From Eledone cirrhosa (lineage: Eukaryota): a DNA stretch of 64,000 nt. Of this stretch, positions 32,578 to 45,826 are shown piece by piece. The position numbers and the translations under genes were made by a program. The stretch is from NCBI GenBank assembly GCA_964016885.1, contig OZ024747.1, positions 85,250,001-85,314,000 on the forward strand, written 5' to 3'. The notes under the pieces were generated by a model, which saw only the letters and a program-made list of their open reading frames with translations, was not told the DNA's origin and searched no databases. The first letter of the stretch is position 1, and each line of letters begins with the position of its first letter.

Positions 32578-33406
32578 GGGAGGTTACATGTATGTGTACT
32601 ACGTTGGAACCCACACTTGTCTGTGATTACTATATATTCTCGTACAATATATATTTTACAATTTTACAATTTTACAATTTTACACGCGCAGAAACCGTGT
32701 TACATTTCCTTTTCCATTAAAATCAGAAATATTTTGATTCCATTCAAGAAAGAAATAATTATTCCTATCATAATATTCTTCTCTCCATCATATCAAATGC
32801 ATGTAAATATTTTATATAGTATTATAAATCATCTCTGTGCCCTTGTGGCAAAAAAAACCCCACACATACACACACATATATACATATATGCACATTCATA
32901 AATGCGTGCATAACTAAATTTATAAAGGTGCTTTGATAATGCTTTTTGCTGAGGTTTTAAGGGTGCAACTACTCCTTATTTGAAATATTCGGGGTTTATC
33001 ATTATAATTTTTGCTTTTCGCAAATTTAGAGCATTTTCTTGTATGGGGACACCCTCCCACATATTTGCAATATTTCGGGGTAGATTTTTTTTTTTTGTTA
33101 CATCTTTTTGTTGCTCCTTTACAAGCCGCTATAAATGCAACCTTTTAGTTCAAATGCACTGCAATTATTGCGAAAACACCAGCAAAAAAATAAAGTAAAC
33201 AAATAAAAATCGACCAATTAATTATAAAGGAACAATTATTAATAGTAGTCCTTTTAAATATCCCCGTTCTTGCATCCTTTGAGAATTTTATGGTTACCCT
33301 TTGTGTTTTTGTTTTTAAGCCTCATTTTTAAAAAATTTTTTTTTTACACGTATATCGTTTTTGTTTTCTGTAAACCTAAACTACTTGGTCTTGCAAGGTC
33401 CTCGAT

Positions 33407-33437
<31 letters not shown>

Positions 33438-33603
33438 ACGAAGGAAATGTGGTAAGGAACCAGGTGGACCATAACGCACCAAAGTACTCAATACTTAGGG
33501 TATATATATATATATATATAAACCCTTGTAGTTAATAAAGAAAGCATCATTATTATTGTTGCTAGTGTTAATAGTAATAGTAGTAGCAGTAGTTTGTACT
33601 TAC

Positions 33604-34055
33604 CGGTCTTTGAAAAGCAAAGTCATTTTGTCCGAGGAAATTCGGAATTTTCTCGACAAATTCCATTTTAGTCCTGCTACGGTTTCCTTATCGGAGACAT
33701 TAACCTCAATTTGCCCCCCAGTAGCCGGGCAAATACTTAATTTCATAAATCCGTTGTGTTTGTTGTTAACCCCACCAACATCAGTACTACCACCATTAAT
33801 CATCATGTTGTTGCTGTTGGTTCGGCTGTTTTTCACATTTACACCGCCGCTGCTTTCACCACCATTACTATTACTGTTGTTGTTGTTACTAGTATTATTG
33901 TTATTATTAGTATTACTATTATTACTATTACTACTACTAGAAGCAGTGTTCTGACTGAGTGTCGTCGTAGTTGTGGTGGTTGCACTGTTGTTATTTGTAA
34001 TGCTGGTTGTACCACCACCAACACCAGCGGGCGATGCGGTGCCACTGCTTTTCAT
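33604..34055 (-). CDS. MIDN: First coding exon of a midnolin (MIDN / Drosophila stuxnet-like) gene: N/S/T/G low-complexity N-terminus plus the N-terminal part of the ubiquitin-like domain
   Basis: The ORF end MKLSICPATGGQIEVNVSDKETVAGLKWNLSRKFRISSDKMTLLFKDR aligns by eye with the midnolin Ubl start as I recall it (MSLAIHSTTG.RYDLAV...ETVEGLRKRLSQRLKVPKERLALLHKDT). The ATG is in CAACCATG context. The exon ends at a canonical donor, GACCG|GTAAGT (GT at 33603-33602, phase 2). No downstream exon was recognised in the window. Confidence 0.85.
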
Positions 34056-35264
34056 GGTTGCTGTGAAATTTCCTCTCTTCGGAACAACCGACTCAGCGGC
34101 AAAACAAGACGAGGAATCCTTAGTAGCCAGCTTGGCTTTTCTCTTCTCTTCTATCTCTCTATACGTCTATATCGTCTCTATACCTCTCTGCTTCTTTATC
34201 TTCTCTTTTCTGAATCGTCTGTTCTTTCCAATTCCTACTTCTCCTCCGCCCCTCACTTTTCTCTATCTCTCCTCCTTTACGTCTCAGTACTTTCTGCCTC
34301 TCTAGCGTTTCTACCACTCTCTCCTTGTCTTTACTCTATCTCTATCTCTTCCTCCTCTGTGCAATCTTCGCTTCTATCGTGTTTCCATTCCTCCCTCTGT
34401 CCTCTTTGCCTATCTATCATTTCCTCCTTCTCCACTCATCTGTCTTCTCTGTCTCTATTGTTTCTCTGTTCTTATCGTTGTTTTCTTTGCCTCTCTATCA
34501 TTTCACCCTCCCTCCCTCTCATTCTCTCTCACATTTCTTCTTGCTTCTTCTTCCTTATTACTGTTGTCATCGTCCCCCCCCACCACCTTCTTCTTCTTAT
34601 TCTGCTGCTGCTGCTGCTGCTGCTGCTCACGCTTTACGTTTAAACACCTCTTCCTCCTTCTCCCCTCTATTTATTATTACTGTGTGCTTCTATCACCTAC
34701 TCCCTCTCCTTCGCTGCTACTCGTTTCAACTCCTCCTCCTCCTCCTCCTTCCTTATTACTTCCACCTCTACCTACTTCGTTACTGCTGGCGTCTAACCCC
34801 TCTCTTTCCTTGTCTTCCTCTTCGTTATTTTTCCTGTTTATATCACCCTTAACAGTTACTAACTTCTAATTCCTGTTCTCACTGATCGGGGCCCGACTCT
34901 TTCTAACATATAGTGGTGAGGCTGTTGGACTTACGACCATAACGCTGTGGGTTCGATTCCTGGACTTGTGCAAAACACTTCATTTCATGTTGCTCCAGTA
35001 TACTCAACCGAAAATGAGTTTAACCCTGCGATAGACTGGCGTCCTGTCCAGTGGGAGAGGAGTATTGTACTCTCATTCGCTTAACGCCAAGGAAACCGAG
35101 CACGAGACAGTCTTTATTTAGACTTTACATATCGGATCTAGCTGTCGAAACGGCCGGAGCTCAGCTGTCGGGGTCCTGAATTTCTTCATATTACCCACTC
35201 TACTACCCCAAGTATCGAGTACTCTGTTGGATTATGGTCCACCTGGTTTTTTTACAACACCCTA

Positions 35265-35333
<69 letters not shown>

Positions 35334-35399
35334 GTTTATTTGATTATATAATAACAAGCACTTTCCTTTCCTATACCTTTTCTACGGAAATACTTAAAA

Positions 35400-35431
<32 letters not shown>

Positions 35432-35486
35432 TACACACACCCACACATATATATATATTGAAGCGAATAACTATGTGTATATTTTG

Positions 35487-35690
35487 GGACTTTGCGGTCG
35501 TGCCCTTGGCAGTGGAGACTTCTGGTGTCCTTGGCCCTAGGACTACCTCCCTACTCACCACCATAGGCGCTGAGCTGGCCAGCCGCATGCGTGAGCCTCG
35601 CGAGTTGGAATGGCTCTTCCAGCGCATTTTCCTTAGCATCCTCCCGGGAAACGCCTTCTCCATTCTGTTCGCCGGGACTGTGGGGAGGCC
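35487..35690 (+). mobile_element. 3' fragment of a CRE-clade (RLE) non-LTR element. Relatives at 20385-20500 (+) and 56990-57082 (-)
   Basis: FAVVPLAVETSGVLGP..LEWLFQRIFLSILPGNAFSI matches the CRE C-terminal pattern P.A.ET.G..G / QR.S.A..RGNA. Confidence 0.7.
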
Positions 35691-35925
35691 AGTGCGTGGG
35701 ACCCCATTTGCTCACCATACGGAGAGATGGAGAGGGTGAGATAGGGTGGAGGCGATGACAGTAGGAGTTCGGCTCTTCAAGAACCATATCTCTGTTGTGT
35801 TCATTATCTATAATATTTAAATATCTCTCTATTTACTGTGATCAACTAAACTACTTATTTTTGCTTATCACCCTCGAATACAACACACGTTTTTGGTTTC
35901 ACTAATGTATGTGTAGTGTTTAGAG

Positions 35926-36290
35926 CAGTGGCTCTCAACGGTGGGCCAAGGGCCCACTCAGTGGGCCCGGGACAATTTTGAGTGGGCCCGGAGAAATTTC
36001 AGTGGGCCTGGACATTTTTTCAGACTTTCTTGGAACTTAAGATCACACAAAATTTAAATGCAGTCGGGATCATATGGGGTAAGTGTTCCAGAATGCTCTT
36101 TGAGCACTGACCCTGGCAATTTCTAGGGAGTAAAGTGGACCGGGAGAACAAAAAGATTGAGAAGCACTCGTATATATATCATGTGGGGAATAGTTTTTGA
36201 GCACTAGTTTACGCTTGTAAAATAAGTGGGCCCGGACAATTTTTGGGAGCTAAAAGTGGGTCCGGGGGTCAAAAAGGTTGAGAAACACTG
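35926..36290. mobile_element. hAT (Charlie-like) non-autonomous DNA transposon
   Basis: TIRs CAGTGGCTCTCAAC / GTTGAGAAACACTG, with a perfect 8-bp TSD GTTTAGAG at 35918-35925 and 36291-36298. Confidence 0.9.
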
Positions 36291-36464
36291 GTTTAGAGTA
36301 CTTTTGGTTCTTTGTTCTTGTGGCAAATACGCAAGTGATTCTTCTTCTGATAACGTTTGTGTTGCTGCCTATTAATATAATTGCAAATGTATGTTTGTGA
36401 CTGCTTGTGTGTGTGTAAGAGACAGAAAGTGTGTATGTGTGACTTTGTATGTGTGAGATAGACA

Positions 36465-37895
36465 ATGTATTACTATAGTGTGTATATGTGACTTAGTATA
36501 CTACTATAGTGTGTATATGTGACTTAGTATACTACTATAGTGTGTAAATGTGACTTAGTATACTACTATAGTGTGTAAATGTGACTTAGCTTATTACTAA
36601 AATGTGACAGTATACTACTATAGTATGTGTGTATGTGAGTTAGTAAATTACTATAGTGTGTGTATGTGAGTTAGTATAGTACTATAGTATGTGTGCATGT
36701 GACTAAGAATATTACTATAGTATGTATATGTGAGTTAGTATATTACTATAGTGTGTGTATGTGAGTTAGTATATTACTATAGTGTGTGTATATGTGAGTT
36801 AGTATATTACTATAGTGTGTATATGTGACAAAGTATATTACTATAGTGTGTATATGTGAGTTAGTATACTACTATAGTGTGTGTATGTGAGTTAGTATAT
36901 TACTATAGTGTGTGTATATGTGAGTTAGTATACTACTATAGTGTGTGTATATGTGAGTTAGTATATTACTATAGTGTGTGTATGTGAGTTAGTATATTAC
37001 TATAGTGTGTGTATATGTGAGTTAGTATACTACTATAGTGTGTGTATATGTGAGTTAGTATATTACTATAGTGTGTGTATATGTGAGTTAGTATATTACT
37101 ATAGTATGTATATGTGAGTTAGTATACTACTATAGTGTGTGTATATGTGAGTTAGTATACTACTATAGTGTGTGTATATGTGACAAAGTATACTACTATA
37201 GTGTGTGTATATGTGAGTTAGTATATTACTATAGTGTGTGTATATGTGACAAAGTATATTACTATAGTGTGTATATGTGACTAAGTATATTGCTATAGTA
37301 TGTATATGTGACTAAGTATATTACTATAGTATGTATATGTGAGTTAGTATATTACTATAGTATGTATATGTGAGTTAGTACATTACTATAGTGTGTGTAT
37401 ATGTGAGTTAGTATATTACTATAGTGTGTGTATATGTGAGTTAGTATACTACTATAGTGTGTGTATATGTGAGTTAGTATACTACTATAGTGTGTGTATA
37501 TGTGAGTTAGTATACTACTATAGTATGTGTATATGTGACAAAGTATATTACTATAGTGTGTATATGTGACTAAGTATATTGCTATAGTATGTATATGTAA
37601 GTTAGTATATTACTATAGTGTGAGTATGTAAGTTAGTATATTACTATAGTGTGTATATGTAAGTTAGTATATTACTATAGTATGTATATGTAAGTTAGTA
37701 TATTACTATAGTGTGTATATGTAAGTTAGTATATTACTATAGTATGTATATGTAAGTTAGTATATTACTATAGTGTGTATATGTAAGTTAGTATATTACT
37801 ATAGTATGTATATGTGAGTTAGTACATTACTATAGTATGTATATGTGAGTTAATATATTACTATAGTGTGTATATGTGAGTTAATATATTGCTAT
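36465..37895. repeat. 33-35 bp minisatellite
   Basis: TATTACTATAGTGTGTGTATATGTGAGTTAGTA repeated about 40 times. Confidence 0.95.
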
Positions 37896-38863
37896 AAAGA
37901 GTGAGTAACTTATTATTCCAGTAGCGGTCTTCACACTAACTTCGCTACTATGACTATACTAATTTATTAGTACTATAACTAAATAATTGTTTCTACTTTT
38001 GGCACAAGGCCACCAATTACCCAGTACATTACTGGTACTTTATTTTATCGACCTCGTAAGGATGAAAGGCAAAGTTAACCTCGGCGGGATTTGAACTCAG
38101 GCCGTAAAGGGACGTAACTCTATGCTGCAAAGCATGGCGTCAGATCCTCTACCGATACTGCCAAGTGTTGATGGTGGTGGTGGATGTGGTGTTAGTGGAA
38201 GTGGTATTAATAGTGGGGATGTTAGTGACGATGGTTGTTGCTTAGACCGCTGTCGGCTTCTATCATATGATCAAAGGCGTCCCACTCGTGACCATCCCAT
38301 CTTGATGCAACCACATCATAAAATGTATCCGTTTCTAAAACAGTAGGGTGTACAGTTTATAGAGCATGTGGCTGCTATTTATAGCTGGTCAAGCCTCCAC
38401 GTGTAGATTCCAAGGTGTATTCAGAAATGGCGGGGAGTTAGTGGGGATGGGGAAGTGGTGGTGGGGTGGAAGTGTGTTTTATTACCAGTCTTTATTGTTT
38501 TATACTACTACTACTACTACTACTACTAACAACAACAACACTACCAATACCACCACCAGCACCACCAACACTACAACCACCACCACCATCACCATCATCA
38601 CCACCACCACCACCACCATCACCACCAACACTACCAATACCACCACCAGCACCACCAACACTACAACCACCACCACCATCACCACCATCACCACCACCAC
38701 TGCCGCTGCCACCTCCATCACCATCACCACCACCACCACCACCATGTAGATGTTAGAGAGAGCAATGACTTCACCAGTCTGTAGGTGTTTTCAGATGTTT
38801 TGGTAATTTTGTCTCAGTTTAGAAGATTTTACTGGATAGATTTGGAAAAAAATGTATGGTATT

Positions 38864-38922
<59 letters not shown>

Positions 38923-38984
38923 GTGTGGGCATATCACTCGTTCGTTACCAAATGCGAGAAAGCTCAATATATTAGTAGCTTATG

Positions 38985-39208
38985 AGGGCGGTGGATTGGC
39001 AGCATCGGTAGAGCGCCGGACACCATGTTTTGCAGCATAGATTTACGGCCCTTTATCATCTGAGTTCAAATCCCGCCGAGGTTAGCTTTGCCTTTCATCC
39101 TTACGGGGTCGATAAAATAAAGTACCAGTAATGCACTGAGGTCGATTTATCGACTCCCCTCCCCCACAAAAAAAATTGCCGGCCTTGTGCCTATAGTAGA
39201 AATCAATA
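38985..39208 (+). mobile_element. Abundant tRNA-derived SINE, full-length representative. Other copies: 1081-1268, 1643-2192 (x3), 5915-6106, 14786-14900, 17893-18031, 21518-21857 (x2), 37984-38163, 41771-42040, 48351-48536, 51144-51516 (x2), 51897-51981, 53094-53274, 61982-62100
   Basis: A-box-like TGGCAGTATCGG and B-box GAGTTCAAATCC. The central gcctttcatccttacggggtcgataaaataaagtaccag resembles the MetaSINE domain from memory. Common 3' end gtagaaacaatt. Confidence 0.9.
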
Positions 39209-39769
39209 AATTAGTCGCTTATGGAAAAAATACAGAGTATAATAATTTTAATTCAAGTGAAAAACCAAATCATTTTATTAAATTCTCCGTTCGTTTTAAT
39301 TTTAATGCAATTAGCTAACATTAGAACCTCCTCAGGAAATCAATATAAGACATGGAGAATGCATCTCCCCCAGAAAAAATACTAAGCCATGGTCTATGGT
39401 CAATAAATTATCGATATTAAAAATCCTTTTTTGAAAAAAATTTATATACAAGACAGTTGATTAGATAGGAGAAGGAAAACGTTAGTTTTTGTATGCATCA
39501 TGCAATTAGATTAAAATCATAAAAGGTCTAATGTAAGCCATAAATCCTCCAAGCTATAGTATAGTTTATACATGTATGTAAAAGATAAACAGAAATAACA
39601 GAACAAGCGACACAGTATATGGAAGAAACATCGCATAATATTGATTTTCTGGGGAGATTTTGACGTTACCTAATTGCATTAAAATTGAAACGAACGTACA
39701 AGTAAATAAAATGGTTTGCAGTATCTTTGGTTTTTCACTTGAAATAATGTATATATTATGGGAATAATA

Positions 39770-40020
39770 TTCTTCTTCTTCTTCTTCTTCTTCTTCTTCT
39801 TCTTCTTCTTCTTCTTCTTCTTCTTCTTCTTCTTCTTCATCCACTTATTCCTGGCCAGGTCGTGGGGACAGAGTCCACAAACATTCCTTCCAGCGTGTCC
39901 TGTCAGACACAACCGTCTCCAACTAATCCGACTGGATCCCCAAGCGACACCAACCAAGCATATGGCTATTATCCAACCATCTTGCTCGGAGTCTACCCCT
40001 GGGTCTCCTACATGTTGGTT
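39770..40020 (-). mobile_element. 3' end of an RTE-clade LINE with a (GAA)n tail
   Basis: Minus strand GRPRGRLRARWLDNSHMLGWCRLGIQ..VVSDRTRW..LSPRP, followed by the (TTC)n tract at 39770-39838. Confidence 0.75.
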
Positions 40021-40034
40021 ATACATGCATACAT

Positions 40035-40090
<56 letters not shown>

Positions 40091-40245
40091 GTTATTCCGG
40101 GTTGAATCGGAGGTAACCACAGTAAGTAAGGTACTCAATACATAGCAGAGTATAAAAGTTTTAATATAGATGAGATTCTACAGGACTGATGATTTCTAAA
40201 GAATGAAACAGTTCTAGTCCTGTAGAATCTCATCTATATTAAAAC

Positions 40246-40347
<102 letters not shown>

Positions 40348-40457
40348 TTTATCCCGGGTTCAATTGGAGTTAACTACAGTAAGTAAGGTACACAATACAT
40401 AGCAGATGTATTTCTCCCGAATGAAACAGTTCTAGTCCTGTAGAAGCCATTTCTATA

Positions 40458-40496
<39 letters not shown>

Positions 40497-40662
40497 AAGG
40501 TTGCAGTAAATGCGTCCGTAGGCGGTATGCCGTTTGAGAACTCGATGCTCACGCGGAGCAGAGTATATTATCGTCGGAGAAACATGTGTAATATGTTAAT
40601 AAATTGTGTTTTAATGCATCACTGATTCCTCGTTATGTATAATATATCTATCTATCTATCTA

Positions 40663-41038
40663 TCTTTTTTTCAAATACCACTTTGGAAGAAGTATCAGGA
40701 TGGAGAGAGAGGTGCTGTACCCCAGCAAGTTTTATGAAAGGTGGGTGAAAGTGGCGAGAATGGCCCGAGTGAATGGGCCTTCTCTCTATATCAGCCTGTA
40801 TGTTGAGGAAAAGGAGGGGGAGAGGAAAGGAGTACAAGCTCTTCGTACTCCTGGAGATGAGGGTTGCACATTTTTTTTCGGGGTATGTGTTACCCATATG
40901 AACTGTCTCCCTCTATTGGGGAAAATCGACTAACTTTTAAATTCCATCTGTGATAACATTTTACACGTTTTTATTGTATGTAAACTTCCCCCTTTGTATT
41001 TGTCCCCTTCTTTTGTGCCCCTGTGGCTAATAAAGAAA
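40663..41038 (+). mobile_element. Shorter 3' copy of the same Tx1-like LINE
   Basis: Near-identical to about 9830-10207; (TATC)n on both sides. Confidence 0.85.
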
Positions 41039-41048
41039 TATATCTATA

Positions 41049-41079
<31 letters not shown>

Positions 41080-41097
41080 ATATATATACATACATAT

Positions 41098-41287
41098 GGG
41101 AAAATAGTCATGACCCCGACGGCTGAGCTCCGGTCGTTTCGACAGCTATTTCTGAGTTCAGAAACAGCTGTCGAAACGGCCGGAGCTCAGCCGTCGGGGT
41201 CATGACTATTTTCCTATTACCCACTCTACTACCCATAGTATCGAGTACTCTGGTGCGTTATGGTCCACCTGGCTCCTTCGTTCGTTT
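41098..41287 (+). mobile_element. Penelope-like 3' remnant, family A, as a fold-back palindrome. Other copies: 8543-8732, 11509-11693, 26442-26632, 33437-33500, 35131-35268, 47608-47775, 52995-53048, 55399-55563, 58137-58261
   Basis: Shared tail (ttcctattacccactctactac..gagtactctggtgcgttatggtccacctgg) and a hammerhead 3' half (gtc-GAAA-cggc..gagctc-agccg-TC-ggggtc), inverted about stem II. Copies abut (TA)n. Confidence 0.7.
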
Positions 41288-42865
41288 TATATATATATAT
41301 ATATATCGTAAACCCTATGCTTTCAAGCTGAAATCATGTGTTTACCATGAACTTGACGTATCATAGATAGTTCCAAAAAATCTTATTAAGTAAACTGAAT
41401 GTGAACAATTTAGAATGTTTAGTTGTCACGTACTCAGAGTTAAACCACAGCCAGGCTAGAATCATACAAGAATGTCTGTAATTCAAAGACACGTACAGAG
41501 AGATAATGAGCACCAGCTGTATATTAAATTCATTTGTCGAGCCATTGGCTATCAACAACGAGCTTTAAGTTCATGATCGCCAATGACATGTGTTCCAGTT
41601 ATCCTAAACATCCCGCATTCTAACCATGACTTCCAGCTATTCTAAACTCTTACCATATTTTTCTAACCTTAAGTTCCACAAAATGACAGATAAAATTTAC
41701 AAATAATTTTGAAAATAATCAAGATTTTTGGAGGAATTTAGCAACATAATAAACTTTCTCATTATTAAGAAAGTACCAGTAATGCACTGGGATAATTGCT
41801 GGCCTTGTGCCAAAAGTAGAAACAATTATTAAGTTGGTGTTGGATTGGCAGTAGAGGTAGAGCGTCGGACACAACATGCTTTGCATCATAGAGTTATTGC
41901 CCATTACGTTTTGAGTTCAAATCCCACCGAGGTTAACTTTGCCTTTCATCCTTACGGGGTCGATAAAATAAAGCACCAGTAACGTACTGGAGTCGATTTA
42001 ATCGACTTTCCCCTCCCCCAAAATTGCTAGCCTTATAAGAAACCATTATATATGTATTATAAATATATTTTATATATATTATATATATATATTATGTATA
42101 TATTATATATGTGTTATATATATTATAAACTTTGTATCGTAGAACCAGAGGTGGTTTGAGGCGATTTGGTATCATTGGAGTTAAGCTGGACTGGAACATA
42201 ACTTAAAATAGGTTCTTTCAGGAAATTATCAAAAAAGTTTGTTTCGTTTTTTTTTAGATAAATATAAGCACTTTAAAATAAACAAATTTGTGTGGTCAAT
42301 CCAAGATTGGAACATAACTTAACAAAGTGGTTTGAGGTTATTCGACCAATTGTCCTCTTCTGAGCAGGGTGTGATGTGATGGTTGTGGTGGAAATGGGGA
42401 TAGTTATGATGAGAGCGCAATAAGTATTGATGGAGGATGATAGAAAAATGGATCACACAAAATATTTAGAGGGTCAGAACGACTTCTGTATATTTAAAAA
42501 AAAAAAAGAAGAAATGTATATTTATTAATCACGTGTTTTGCTCAATCACGTGATTTAATTTTCTTCGAATTAAAAATTTTTTTTTTTTTTTTTACATAAT
42601 TTGATATTTTTAACCTTTAGATAATGATGCCTGTTGGCAGGGAGTTGTATAACCCTTGGTCATCTCTGATCCAGCTGAGATAGAGTCAATGATATTTTAG
42701 ACGTCAGCAATCACACCACCTTCTTTCACTTTCTCCCCTCTCCCCTCTCTCTTCTTTATATTTATATATATGTGTGTGTGTTTATTAGATAGTTAAGTGG
42801 AGAGAGAGAGAAAGAGAGGGATATATATATATATATATATATGTATGTATATATATATGTATATA

Positions 42866-42942
<77 letters not shown>

Positions 42943-42954
42943 ATATAAATATAT

Positions 42955-43042
<88 letters not shown>

Positions 43043-43404
43043 CACATCTGCTCTCCAACTTGATGACGTTCAAATAATTTTCCTAATTTCTGTTCTTCCT
43101 TGTCTTCTTTTATAATTTTCTTTTTTCACTTTCTCTTTACTTTGCTTTAAACTCTCACATTTTAAATGTTTGGTTACTGGTCTTGTGTTATCTTTACCTA
43201 TATATATATACAGAGAGAGCCGGATTTTCAGCCTCAGTCAACCATCTCCACCCGGATAACTTGCATGCATACCTCACCCATCCTGATAAAATCTTTTATT
43301 CTCTCTCATGTTTGTTGCTTCCAGTTTTCCAGCCACCTCTCAGAACTTTGCTCTTTCGAGATGAAAAACAACAAAAATCCGATACGTTTTGAAGCATTCT
43401 TTTT

Positions 43405-43441
<37 letters not shown>

Positions 43442-43588
43442 TTTTTTCCGTTGTGTTGTAATATTAATATTACACACAGTAGATTATCAGCTCACGTAGA
43501 GTTTGCTCGACGGTTCCAGTTGTAGTTCCAAAAGTAATCCGGAGAAAAATAGAAAGATTTGAATGGATACAGTTTAGTTGAAAGGAAT

Positions 43589-43705
43589 TTATTGACACGT
43601 GTTTCTATAACAGTTACGTAACCTAAAACAGCTATCTACAAACTTTTAGTTATGCAGACATTCAATATTTCAATGTTATTGTTTACTGTCATTTCATCAG
43701 AATAA
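43589..43705 (-). ncRNA. Type I hammerhead ribozyme (PLE-type) with a long stem II loop
   Basis: Minus strand reads ttatt-CTGATGA-a-atgacagt...actgttat-a-GAAA-c-ACGT-g-TC-aataa. Palindromic ACGT in stem III; GUC cleavage triplet. Confidence 0.8.
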
Positions 43706-44233
43706 TATTACTGAGGACCTATTTAGTTTTTATAGAGAATATTAGGAGGAAGGGGTGAAGTTGTTAGAAGAATAGTTGAAGGAGTGGTTTTTCGATAGCA
43801 GTGAGAATTCTTGGTGGCAGTGATTAATTAGATTCCCATCTGTTGTTTTGACATTTTTTATAGAATATATTATTGGTTATTTTTCTAAATCTATAGAAGG
43901 ATTAGAGATAGTAAAGATATGCGTGGTTGGTTTTGTGTTTGCACTTAACATTCAGACTTAAATTTTTCTTTCAAGTGTACGGTTACTGGTTTGGTTACTG
44001 GTCTTGTGTTATCTTTACCTATATATATATACAGAGAGAGCCGGATTTTCAGCCTCAGTCAACCATCTCCACCCGGATAACTTGCATGCATACCTCACCC
44101 ATCCTGATAAAATCTTTTATTCTCTCTCATGTTTGTTGCTTCCAGTTTTCCAGCCACCTCTCAGAACTTTGCTCTTTCGAGATGAAAAACAACAAAAATC
44201 CGATACGTTTTGAAGCATTCTTTTTCCTATATG

Positions 44234-44317
<84 letters not shown>

Positions 44318-44322
44318 CATAC

Positions 44323-44493
44323 AGGAAAATACCACTGAGTGAACACATTGGTACCTGTGCCGCCCAAAATCATCCCAACTTCAGAATCTTTCCCCTCTAC
44401 AAATTTAAAGATAATGCCACCCACACCCAGCGCATCAGCAAGGAATCTTACTTCATTAACAAATACGGACCCCGTCTAAACACTTCTCCCTAA
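44323..44493 (+). mobile_element. C-terminal fragment of a Penelope-like GIY-YIG endonuclease
   Basis: [53 protein letters not shown] matches the PLE endonuclease C-terminal pattern (S.H...C......F.I.P.Y......R...E..FI....P.LN). Begins at a (TA)n/(CATA) tract. Confidence 0.7.
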
Positions 44494-45024
44494 GACGAAC
44501 CCACAACATACACACGTCAACATACATACCTACATCAGCACACATCTCTACCCACATATAAACACAATGACACACGTAAACACACATGCTCTATGGTGCA
44601 ATACAAAAAAATATATGTGCATATATATGTATGTATATATGTATATATATATATATATATATATGTAGTGAATATATGTATGTGTATATATATATAGTGA
44701 ATATCATTTCACACCTTTTATTGTTAAGATTTTTGATGTTCTATTAAGAGAACCGATTTTACTGAAAAAATCGAATAATGTACACCATTTTACCAGGGGG
44801 AAAAAAATACTGGTCCACCCACACACACACACACACACATATATATACACAAACACATACACACGCGTACATCAACATACAAAGAGACTTATACACACAC
44901 ACACACACACACACACGCACTTCTCCGTATAAGACAAAAGCTGAAAAATATCTTTTGACATGCTAAAATACCCCCCCCCCCCATTGCTTTCAGACACATT
45001 CTTACTGACCATCGAATTACTCTG

Positions 45025-45084
<60 letters not shown>

Positions 45085-45153
45085 ATCTTAATAGCCATTT
45101 GACACACATCGCTGCTGGCCATTGTCGCAGCATCGAACACCTTACTACTACTA

Positions 45154-45200
<47 letters not shown>

Positions 45201-45710
45201 TACACACACACATACACACACACACACACATATTTGTTGTGAAAGAGTCATTTCTCAATCTTGGCGCAAAACCAATTTTTTATCCACATGACCTCTACCG
45301 ACCAATCAAAATTGTTTTGACCAAGAATTTTTGCTGGAGCCACTTTTTTAACATAAAAACAGTCTTGGCGCAAAATCAACTTTTTACATTCACATGACCT
45401 CTACCGACCAATCAAAATTGTTTTGACCACAAGCATTTTTGCAACACAAAAATAACGCTGGAGCCACTTTTTTAACATAAAAACAGGTAGAATTCCCAAA
45501 ACTAATCAGATCAGAGCAAACAGCACGGACACTCTATCTCAAAATTATTTTTGAAAAGCATTTAGAAATGCGCAACCGGTAAAAACTTAAAAACTTAAAA
45601 CCACAACTGAATACTAACCCATACAATCACTAATACTCTTTTATTCCTAATTAAACCATTTTTCAACTGTGAACAATTTGTCAGCATTTTCTATTCCGTT
45701 TACCAATATA

Positions 45711-45759
<49 letters not shown>

Positions 45760-45826
45760 AAGGTTTAGTAAATAATGAAAAAGTTTCAAAATAAATTTTA
45801 AAAAATTGACTTTACCTACTATAGTT

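Noticed and set aside
33556-34852. Plus-strand hydrophobic ORFs (132, 295 and 175 aa)
   Set aside because: Antisense shadows of the midnolin exon and its CT-rich leader.
38985-39080. tRNA gene calls at SINE heads
   Set aside because: A/B boxes are present but there is no cloverleaf; they continue into SINE bodies in many copies.
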